Shown in pieces: positions 23,004 through 33,224 of a stretch of DNA of 33,224 nt (position 1 is its first letter; each line of letters opens with the position of its first letter). The translations under genes and the position numbers were made by a program. This DNA comes from Phoronis australis. Its lineage: Eukaryota > Animalia > Phoronida. The DNA lies in contig NMRA01000276.1 in NCBI GenBank assembly GCA_002633005.1, positions 396,659-429,882 on the forward strand, written 5' to 3'. Under the pieces are notes generated by a model that saw nothing but the letters and a program-made list of their open reading frames with translations, searched no databases and was not told the DNA's origin.

Positions 23004-23803
23004 TTTGTCATGTCAATGTTTAGGTTGTTAAGGGATATAGAATGCACGTTTAATATTCTAAACTGACGCCATCTTTCGGAAACCCGCATCCATTTTGTGA
23101 CTTTTGTTTTAGTGGTTTTTGTGAACCATTTCCTGTCACTGTAAGACAGAAATACTAGAAATGCGCCAACTATACACATACATGTCTCAATTACGTTTTT
23201 TTCGAAATTATCTGGAACACAGATATGTATGTTACTTTCTAATTTCTTGGAAATTAGAATAAAATAGATGGCAGATGTACACCTAATTTTCATCATGTTT
23301 ATTTGATATATCTCAAAACTCTTCCTATAAACGATACCGTAACAGCCATATCAGTTATATTTCATATTTATTATAATGTTCGAATATTATTACAACCAAT
23401 ATATTTGGTTATCTCATATTTTATATAATAAACGATATTTCAACAACCGTTGTATCCAATATCAAAAAAGCCACGAAAATGACACAGTTGATTTACAAAA
23501 TTGTACAGGACCTAGAGTAAGAAAGTATACAAACTACTATAGTGTTACATATTCAACATACTTAAAACGTAACAATTACAACAAGCGCACTACAAACATT
23601 CTTCCCAGTGAATCTAGTTTCTTGACTTAACACAATAGATAACAGCCGGGAATATCGTAAAACTTTAAGGATCTCACACTAGGCAATACAGTGCGAGAAC
23701 CTCGTCAGCAAAAACCACTATGGCTTCATTTGATTTCCTGAAACACGTGAAAAATATTTAAGTTTAAAGTGAAGTTGAAAGTATTAAAAGACGCCATTAA
23801 GTG

Positions 23804-23850
23804 AACTGGCAATAGACAACTGACAATAGACATCTGACAATAGACAACCG
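23804..23850. repeat. 14-bp tandem repeat, 3 copies
   Basis: CTG(G/A)CAATAGACA(A/T) three times, in the probable 3' UTR of the TRIM gene. Confidence 0.8.
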
Positions 23851-24484
23851 CATTTTGCAATGACAGCAGGAGAAACAAATGTGGGCAACAAAGGAATGAT
23901 TCGCCAATGGCGGTGGTGGGCAGTTAACTTAGTATGGTTGCTTTAGAAACAGTTTACAAGTTCTGCACATTTCAGCTAAAGCACCAAGAAAGATCAACAT
24001 GTAAATGAAAGACGTGATTTTTGATCCTGGTAACTGTTTTAGCCTTTTTGTTAAACTGTTTTATAATTGGTTTACACATCACAAGAAACTTTTTGACTTT
24101 AAATGACAACTGTATGGATTGCAAATAGTTTACATATTTGCTTTTGCCATCTTTCATTTTGGAAATGTACAGCATTGCATATTTCCTTCATATGATAGGG
24201 ATGCTTTTAATAACATAACAAAAATATCATTTTTTATTTCAAGTTCTTAATATTGTTTTGCAAATATTGGGCGTTTTGGACACTGGACACAACAAGTAAC
24301 CTAGAATAACATTTCATTACAGTTTAAAATAAAGTAGTTATGCATATGTAAAATAATTATCCGCCACCCCTGATGTTAACTTATTACGAAACAGTGTAGT
24401 CACTATTATATTTTGTTGAAAGTCACGATTATTACAGCGATCCTGTCACAGACAGCACTAGCTTATTGTAAAACGTCTCTATAA

Positions 24485-27400
24485 CTAAAATTTGAAATAA
24501 TGAGTTGTTTTTTGAAACGCTGTTTGTCTATTGGTTATGGGTGCCTCTGTTGAATGTTGCTCAATAATTTTAAAATCTTCAGAGATACCACCATCGTTCG
24601 ATGAAAAAAAGTCAGCATTGCGATTATCAACACTCTTGCCTAAGTTATGCCTTCCCATTTTCTTCAATTCGGCACGGCTTAAATACACCGTACCCTCTTT
24701 TCTTGGCCTGCTTATAACGGTTTGAAGTTCCTGAAGAAATTCTTTTGAACGTCGAGGCGACGCCGCGGAAAGGTCTAATTCGTCTTTTCCAGGAGACACC
24801 GGAAAGGTTTTTAAGTCAACCTGCTGATAATTGGAATCAATGTAAACCTCTCCTGCCCCGACACGAGGTGGTGAAGCACCTTTATACTCAAGACAATGTT
24901 GAGCCAATGCTTGATGTTCTGGCCGCATTGCATGTGTGGATTGCGAGTTCGAAGGTCCTTGAGGCAGTGGGCGGGGGCTGTTTTGTGTTTGAGGAGGATC
25001 ACCGTCGCTCTCAAATACCCAATTATCTCTTGTTAGCGGATGTTGCTGAAGGGCGTACGATGTCTCCGACAGAGAGCGCCTCGTTTTGGATCGTAAAATG
25101 ATGTCATCAAGTTCATGAAGGACATCTTCAACTTGTTCTTCCACGCTGACTGCGCGCGTCATAAGATCTCTCTTCTGTTGGATCATTCTTTGATTGTGTT
25201 GTCGCAGGTGTTCTAGTGATACTGTTGGATCAACCAGGTCACTAACGTCACGCCTGATCACGTGGGGATTTTCTGACGCCAAGCGATTATTTTTATCGTA
25301 CTTCGGAGGTCTTTCTGCAGACTTGCTTCGTACCCGGGCAGTACTTGGCGATATCTCTCGCCCATTTCTCTGGCCAGCTCTTTTTTCGCCGATGCTCTGA
25401 TGTCGTTGACGATCGTGTTGAACGTTGTCTCTTAGGGCAAAACTACCCATCACGGGACTGGCAAGAAGCTGCGTCATGTCTAAAACTTGTTGTCTAGCTT
25501 TGTTATCCTTCTCGCGTGATGAGAGAGCAACTGTTCTACCATGCAAATTTCTCATCTTTTCCATATCCGCATGCAAAGACCTGCCTCTAACCGACAGGGC
25601 TGGTGGTTTATTAGTTTTCTGCTTCTTTTCGCGTGTGAAGGGTTTATTTTCCAAAAAGACCATTGTTGGCGACGGAGTACTTGGAGTCGATGCTTCTAAG
25701 TTCCTGTACGTGTCTTCAAATTCAGTCCAAACATCTGAATTCGGATTGCAGATTGCACTGCCTACAGTGTGAAGTGACTGTTGTACACCATCTGCCTCTC
25801 GGTCATTATACTGTCTAATATTCCTAACGTCAAATCTCTCTTGCGCAGTCGAATATGCTGAGTTCGCTTGTTTTGCTTTGAAGTCAAATGTGGCGACATC
25901 ATTAGGCGACATCTGACGTGTCATGATCACCTTCGATTCCATTACTTCAGCTTTCATGTTGAACGACCGTCGTTTGCCAAGAAGTTCTTCTAATACCTGG
26001 GCTTCTTTTAACTCTTGTGTACGGACGTGTGATGACTGTCCCCTTTTAGGAGGTACCGGAGACTTGGGTCTATTGAGTGTCCGCTTCTCTTCGTTTGCTG
26101 GTCTTGGTGACACAACTGGACTTGGGACACTTGAGATATCCGACTCTTTGGATTTGAAGTTAGATTTATCTTGATCACTTAAATATAAAAGCGGCTTTAC
26201 ATTTGCAGTGGGGCTGATTAAGTTGTCTATTGCCTTGTTTTGGATGTATTCAAAAGTTTTTATGTGTGAATCCATTCCCCGTTTAGGTGGTTTTGGTGCA
26301 TGCGGCGACCGCAAAGGGGACAAAGGCGAATTTTTTGTTACTCTTTCTCCATCGTTCAATGATTCTTTCGAACCGTGAAACACTGACTTAGATAATTCAG
26401 GAACAGGTGACGGGNAACTGGACTTGGGACACTTGAGATATCCGACTCTTTGGATTTGAAGTTAGATTTATCTTGATCACTTAAATATAAAAGCGGCTTT
26501 ACATTTGCAGTGGGACTGATTAAGTTGTCTATTGCCTTGTTTTGGATGTATTCAAAAGTTTTTATGTGTGAATCCATTCCCCGTTTAGGTGGTTTTGGTG
26601 CATGCGGCGACCGCAAAGGGGACAAAGGCGAATTTTTTGTTACTCTTTCTCCATCGTTCAATGATTCTTTCGAACCGTGAAACACTGACTTAGATAATTC
26701 AGGAACAGGTGACGGGACGCACAATATGTCCATTTCACCATCAATGGCTTTAGCCCGCACCACCGGCGCCAGCAACAAATCGTTAGTACTAAATGCTGCG
26801 CAAGTTTTATTCAAGGGCTCGTTGAAATGCGTTGGTCGGCTGAAAACACCGTCAAGAGACGATGTTTCAGTATCATCAACTTTACTCACGTGATTAGAAT
26901 TTGCGGACATGTCTTCATTGACACGCGAATGCACCAAGGCGTCACTCAAAGCCAATCCCTTGTCATTTGAAGTCGGTGATTCCGGCATTTCAGAAGCCAA
27001 GTTTTGGAAATCTTTTCCCGGTCCCACATAGCGTGGCGATTTTCGTTTACCTCTGTTGGTATCGTAACCAGTATCAGCATTCTGGAATTTATGCAAACCA
27101 CCTGTTATAGAACTAGGTCTGGAATTTTCGCCTCCAGGCACGCGGTTAGTTGGCTCGTTTTGCAAGCCAGCATCTGCAATGATGTTTTCTGGAGTCAAAC
27201 TGACCACAGATTCTGTCACAACTTTAAACGACTCCGGTCGCGCATCGACCTGCTTTATTGGTGGTTTAAATATTATCTTTCGCCACGCGATATTGTGTGA
27301 TTTTTCTTTCTGCTCATTTCTTCGTGGTTCGTTCTGTTCACATGGCAACGGTTTGAACGGCTTTGGTTTGGCGAGAAATTGTTGATTAGACTGAGGACCA

Positions 27401-30400
27401 GCCTTTGGAACACCGTCTGAAAAATCCGCAATTGGAACTAGCCCACTAGTTTGGGCGGCAGACGGCATTGCGTGCAGTTTCTCGTTCACCACTTTTAACT
27501 GATTAATGCAGTCCTCAATTTTTGTATCGGGTTTTGCAAACTCCATGAAATCTGTACCAACAGATTTATCAAACAGCAACACCGAGTTACTTCCCGAGCC
27601 AGTTGAAGTCAACACGGGCGTCGTTTCTGAGAAACTTGTCGAAGTACCTTTATTGATCTTCATGATGACGGTTTTCAAACACTCTTTTCGTGTTTGCAGA
27701 CGAACAAATGTTGGTGTCGACGTAGACCTGTCCGTTTTGATGCTCTCGTCTGTAAGTGTTGCACTGTTCCGCGTTGTTATAGCTATGGTACACGTGTTTT
27801 GATCCCTTATGTCCACATTACACGTTTGAGAGCACTTCGTGTCCTTGTGGGGCTTTTTTATGTTTGAAGCGGATTGAGAAACATAATTGATATGTGAAGC
27901 TCTAGTTTGATTAACTGATATTGATTTGGCGCTGGTAGTACCTGCAGCGTCAGCGGTGACTTTACTTTTCATCACCACAGTTTGCGGCGTCTGTGAAGAA
28001 GAACTGTTCTCAGTTACATTACCTGTGGTTAGTGTTGTTGCCCCCTTTGACGCCAGGGTTTCATGAGTTGTGCTGACTGGCTCAGATTTATCCCCAGGCA
28101 GAGGTTCCTCCGTGTTGGTTTCCGCATGACTGAGTGACTTTTGTGTTGTCATAGTACTTTTAGTTCTCGCTGCTCGATCTGGTGCGTTTATAAATGCAGT
28201 AAGTCGTTTTAAAGAAATTGTTCTGGGAGTCATGGTTTGCTTGTCAACCATTAAGCGGAATACATCTTTGGTTGACGCTCGAATCGATGCCGATACATCA
28301 TTCATAATACGTGTAGATGTTCCCATTTCCGATTTGCTTACAATAGGGGGCGCAGGTGTGGATGTTGCACTGTCGGTCATAACAACGTTGCATGTCGTTT
28401 CAGTGGACGTGTCAGCAACGCCGATTTTCTCAGTCGCAATAGCTATGTCGAAAACGTCGGTTTTGTCTTTAACTACAACATTTTCATTGGTGCTTATGGC
28501 GACATCAGCCGTTGTTACAGTCGTCATACTGGTTGAATTATCGACACGTGTCGGCATTTCTACATGCGTGGCGGCATTTAGAACATCTGGCGATGCGTAA
28601 ACAATTCGGTGGCACATGACAATTGGGTCCATCTCTGTATGGGCGTTTTGCAAAGTTGCGTAGTCCGTTGAGGTGCATTGAGTTTGAGTTTCGTTTTTTG
28701 TAGTTTCGATTGACACGTCAATCGTGTATGGTGGATCCGTTGCCACGGCAACATCGTCATAACTTATCGCCGCCATCGACGTAGCACTTTCGACAGTTTT
28801 TACGCTAGATGTCTCGGTCATATTTGTATTGGTTTTTGTAAATAGAGGGTCGCAGCCACTGTCTGTCATGGTTAAATACGTTTCTGTGGCAACGTGGCTA
28901 TAAAGTACTGGGGGCATAAAAGTCTCTGAATCTGCAGTCTCAACAACTATTGTTTCTGTTGACTGATGACTTGTGTGTTGTGGTATGGGGTCATTACCGG
29001 AATTGGTTGCGGATACACGATCAGTTTCTAAGCCAACAGAACTCGATTGTATTTTAGGCATACTTGTACCGCATTCTGACGTGTTCAGAGTACTGGTTCC
29101 TGCCTCCTGGTCAACTGTTTCGCACTTGACAGTCACACCTATATCTGACGTCCTAACAACTGGCTCTGACTCAGTTTCCACACTAGCGTTCAATGTTTGA
29201 AGATAGTCAGTGTTTGTTTCGTTCTCCACTGTATCTTGCAAGCCACTCTGTATAGTTTCGCAAGCCTGGTCGCTGGTTTTGCTTGGTATTGTCGCAGTCT
29301 CATGGTCTGCATAAGTTACTAGTTTCGTCGCAGTGCCGAAATCTCTCGTCGTCATGTGCGTCATGGTCTCTACACTATTTACTTCTGTCGCATTCGTACC
29401 CGTATGAATGTGTCTCACTTCCGGTTGAGACATAATGCCAATGTCAACAGATGCACTGGAGTGATCAGTTGCCGTCCCAATGTCAATCACTTCCTGTGCG
29501 TCCGTTGTAGTTCCCTGAGAATCTGTCACAACAGTTTTTGTACTTGTTGCTGCGTCACGACATTCAACCCCATCAGTCATAAATCCAGCGTCACGTGAGT
29601 CCATTATGGACGTCATGGTGGTTTCCACTGTTGCTTGTTCACAGCGGACAGAAACTCCGATATTTCTCGTTTGTATTTCATCCATAGATGTACTCGCATT
29701 TTTTCTGAATAACAACAAATCAACCAGAGTTCCTTTTTCTACCATCTCTGTCTTGGGAGTTTGGCTCATATCTGGATTTGTACCAAAGTCAATGGTAGAA
29801 ATAAAGGTAAAAGTGTGTTTTTCCTTGGTTTCAACTTTATCTGTCATAGTGTGTGTATCTCTGTGTACACAAGGTTGCACTTTTGTTTGAGTGTCAATCG
29901 TTTGCTGATGTGGTTTGCATGCAACTTCCACGTCAGCTGTACGTCTCTTTTCGGTTTGAGTGATAGCTGTTCCTGTCTCCATAGCATCGGTTTCAATAGA
30001 TGCGTTTTTTACAGAAGGTGGCTCTGTCATGTTCGATCTATTTTCGCATTTTCTCGCGTCTGTGTTTGTTTCGCTGTCTACAGTTCTATACAGGCGCACC
30101 TGGATATTTTTCTCCGTGAGACCAGTAATCAAATCACAGTTCATCGTGGTTGTCGCATCTGACGTGGTCGCCATTTCTGTCTGCACCTCCTTTGTAAATT
30201 GAAGTTGCCGTAGGTGTTCGTAAACATCCCAGTCGTCAGGCGTATTAACGTCATCACCACCACTTCCAACAGCCAAATCACCAAAATTTAGTGTTCCGTG
30301 CATAAATCGAACCCGCCTATTTAAATTTTCGGGTACTTCCATAAACTCCTTTTCAAGCAACTGTTTAAGTTTCTCCTCAATCTCTCTGTGGAGTAGAATC

Positions 30401-31338
30401 AGTTCTATCCCTTTGTCATTTATCATCATTTCTGTCAAGTTTGTTGTTTTCTCTAAATTTTCAAGAACATCCTGTAAATCTGATTTATTATTGAGATACT
30501 CCAAAGTCTCCGTTCCAAATATTTCTTTCACTTCCTCCACAAGTTGCTGCTCACGAGTTCTAATCACAGCATTAAATGCTGTGGATAGATCGTGAATCTG
30601 TCCCTCAGCGTCTTTCATATTGTTCTCGCAATTCATGATCATGTCAAGTTTTCCCTTCAAATTTTGAAGTTTATCACGACTCCGTTCTACCAAATTTTCG
30701 AGAGTCATCTTGTTTTTGTTAATACCCTCAGTGAAAGACGATACCTCGTGATCTTTATGCGCCTGAAAAGTGCAGACGACACAAATACACATTTGACACG
30801 GCTCACAGTAATATCGCACCGTCTCCTCGTCGTGCTCTTTACACACTACATCCCTTTCCGCATTCATATCGTACAGGTCGTGATTTTGCGTGACTTTAGT
30901 CTTCTTATGCCGCTCAACACAATTCTCGCATAACAGTTTGTTACAGTCTAAGCATTTTGACACGGCCATCCCATGTTTTCTGCCATTATTGTTGTCTCCG
31001 GCTGGGATGCAGATTTCGCACAACGGACCGCCTGAACTGGATGTTTTACTAAGAATAACATCAGTTAGGCTACTTAGCAGAAAGTTATCGGGTAATTTTC
31101 GCACGCCGCCGGTTGGTAAATCTGTTTTTCGACGACAAATCGGACAAGAAACAGTCCTGGTATATATACTATAACGATAGGACGTCCGCTCTTGTTCTGC
31201 GTTCATGTGTTTATCAATGCACTCCATACAGAAGGTATGCATACAGACGAGAGTCTTTGGCTTCTTAAGGATCTCAAAACAGATCTTACACAGCAAGAAC
31301 TGCTCGTTAATTTCATCCATCAATTTGCCACTAGCCAT
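24485..31338 (-). CDS. TRIM/RBCC E3 ubiquitin ligase-like protein (RING, two B-boxes, coiled coil) with a long Thr-rich repeat region and disordered tail; 2183 aa after removing the 302-bp duplication plus N
   Basis: C3HC4 RING at C17, C20, C32, H34, C37, C40, C65, C68; B-box1 (CEIC..CLDC..CENC..H..H); B-box2 (CKEH..CEPC..CVVC..H..H); heptad-rich helix. An in-frame TAA lies 3 codons upstream of the ATG. The 1660-aa and 632-aa ORFs overlap with identical peptide across the duplication, and 6854-302 = 6552 nt = 2184 codons. Confidence 0.9.
26114..26716. repeat. 301-bp tandem duplication joined by a single N at 26415 (probable assembly artefact, causes an apparent frameshift)
   Basis: Copy A is 26114-26414 and copy B is 26416-26716. 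One synonymous difference was seen (Ser AGC/AGT). Confidence 0.93.
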
Positions 31339-31981
31339 GACTGTTTACTTAGTTTTGCTCACTAAAATTGAGTTAATAATATCACGTGACACCGTATAAC
31401 CCGCTGAAAGAATATGCCGTCAGTTCGTCTTTTTCGAATTAGCCCTCCAAGCAGCAGACCTTTAGCGCTTGCCAAGTTCATATCTTTTTGAAAATGCGTT
31501 TGCAACTGTCTGCCCAGCAGATGTATGTTCACTGGGTTACGCAGAGTTACAACAACGTCATCGTGTTACACAAATCGCTCGTTGAATCTGCTTACAATCG
31601 AGGTTTCGCCTCTGGCAACCTCCAGTCATCACCCGTTGTTTTACCAGATGGTAATTACTCAGTCTACTTGTAAATCCCGACAGTCTCACGTAATCAGTTT
31701 GGAAACATGTTGCAACGTTGTTTCCGTGGCCCAAGTACCGATTGAAGCGCCAGGGGGACCATCGCGTTTGACCTCCAACTGCTGTTGAAGCACATGCGAA
31801 CAGAGAGCACTCTGAAAAATAAAAATTAGGTGCGGGAAATTGAATTTAACTCAAAACATGGAACAGAAGTGTTCGAAGAGTAAGTCAAGGTTGTGTAGAC
31901 CTTGTTGAAAAGTCTGTGCATTCTACAAAACTATAAAATTTAACTCAGCAAAAGTATACATTTTCTGGAAGTACACATTCC

Positions 31982-32400
31982 GTAGAATTTGATTTTTGAC
32001 ATTATAGGCCTATCAATCTGCCGCTAATTAGGTCACGTTACCTTGCTTTTAGGAAAATTTAACAAAACAACAAGATCAGTAACATGATCAAATTTCGTAT
32101 AATAAAAATGTTCATGATAAAATCTCAAAACAACAAGATCAGTAACATGATCAAATTTCGTATAATATAAATGTTCAAGATAAAATCTGAAAAAAAGGTT
32201 GTTTTCTAAATTATCGTTTCGTTTTCGTTTTATGCAGCTTGAACATGTTTCACGACAATCAGGTCCTGTTCTTGGTAGCCCCTCATGCAGAACAATTTAA
32301 AACCTGACGAGAACAAAGTATAAAGCATTGTATCTGAAAGTGGCACGCGATCAGCCATTTCTGAAATACGATGTTTCGAAGTTGGTCCTACATAACGTTA
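31982..32400 (+). repeat. Dispersed repeat, copy 2 (homologous to 14697-15055), with an internal 63-bp duplication
   Basis: Same collinear blocks as copy 1. CAAAACAACAAGATCAGTAACATGATCAAATTTCGTATAAT occurs at 32063 and 32126. Confidence 0.75.
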
Positions 32401-32952
32401 ACTTGTAAGTTGCAAAGAAAGAGTAATGTTACGGTCTTTCGGGAACACAAAAGTAAACGTGTTTTATTACGTTGATTAATAAATACGGCAGCCTGTCGTA
32501 AAACAGACTGAGCCTTATGTGGACTGATTTGTAACCGAATGTCAAAACTATTCTTTAAGAAACAGCCACGTGAAGTTCAAGACTTCCCAGCCCGCGCGCG
32601 ACTCCTGGTCGAGCCCAAAACTTCTCTCAGGCACGCTATTCCCCTCTTGCAAACACGTCTCACAGGCATATTTATTTGCACACGCTCGGCCAACCCTGGT
32701 CCCGCACATTATTCCTTGGCCTCGAAAGCTATTTTATACCCTCGTACACCGTTGGCTTCTCTCCGACCACTTCGCACAACCTGGTATAAAATTTCTACGC
32801 ACAAATGAACTGCGAAAAGTCTCTACTTGTAAACACATTACCGCCAATTTTTATTACTTTTTTAAAGAGACAACCATTGCCTATGCTATCAAGTGAAAAA
32901 TCTCACTCGCACTGTATGATAGTACAATCTGTCACTGTAACGTGCGTTTATT

Positions 32953-33224
32953 AATGTCACTTGACCTGTAGGCCTACCGCAATACAATGTCACTTGACCT
33001 GTAGGCCTACCGCAATACAATGTCACTTGACCTGTAGGCCTACTGCAATACAATGTCACTTGACCTGTAGGCCTACCGCAATACAATGTCACTTGACCTG
33101 TAGGCCTACTGCAATACAATGTCACTTGACCTGTAGGCCTACCGCAATACAATGTCACTTGACCTGTAGGCCTACCGCAATACAATGTCACTTGACCTGT
33201 AGGCCTACCGCAATACAATGTCAC
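32953..33224. repeat. 33-bp minisatellite, at least 8.2 copies, running off the window end
   Basis: Unit AATGTCACTTGACCTGTAGGCCTAC(C/T)GCAATAC, containing the palindrome GTAGGCCTAC. Confidence 0.96.

Noticed and set aside
22337-23296. ORFs of 101 and 175 aa with TSKP/LQN repeats
   Set aside because: They overlap the foldback element, and the periodicity comes from its 21-bp subrepeats.
24485-26383. 632-aa ORF as an independent gene, or programmed frameshifting
   Set aside because: It starts at a GTG inside the duplicated block and repeats the peptide of the upstream ORF. The 302-nt insertion at the N fully explains the frame change.
27550-30195. Mucin-like O-glycosylated domain
   Set aside because: The protein has no signal peptide and an intracellular RING/B-box N-terminus. 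The region is Pro-poor and patterned rather than PTS-like.
27004-31399. Many plus-strand ORFs opposite the TRIM CDS
   Set aside because: They are antisense shadows of a long coding frame and have no independent motifs.
32889-33224. 111-aa ORF of TLYCGRPTGQV repeats
   Set aside because: It is open only because the 33-bp unit lacks stops in that frame. The copies are nearly identical and there is no other coding evidence.

Overview
Eukaryotic, AT-rich, intron-containing genomic DNA, probably from a draft assembly of a marine invertebrate (inference; the species cannot be determined from the sequence). It holds two minus-strand protein-coding genes. (1) A spliced astacin-family zinc metalloprotease with pro-domain, catalytic domain, atypical C-type lectin domain and kringle. 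Eight phase-compatible exons were traced by hand (12141 to 3990, 467 aa); the signal-peptide exon(s) were not found. (2) A TRIM/RBCC gene with an uninterrupted CDS (31338 to 24485). It appears as two ORFs only because a 301-bp duplication plus one N shifts the frame; the repaired protein is 2183 aa. The most striking feature is in this TRIM: instead of a known C-terminal domain it carries roughly 55-60 degenerate, ~12-residue-spaced motifs resembling dynein light chain LC8 (TQT-type) binding sites. Three near-identical tandem duplications, each joined by a single N, look like uncollapsed haplotype overlaps. The intergenic and intronic DNA contains several MITE/foldback elements, a 10-copy 64-bp array with a perfect hairpin flanked by direct repeats, and other palindrome-containing minisatellites. 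No CRISPR array, rRNA or tRNA was recognised.
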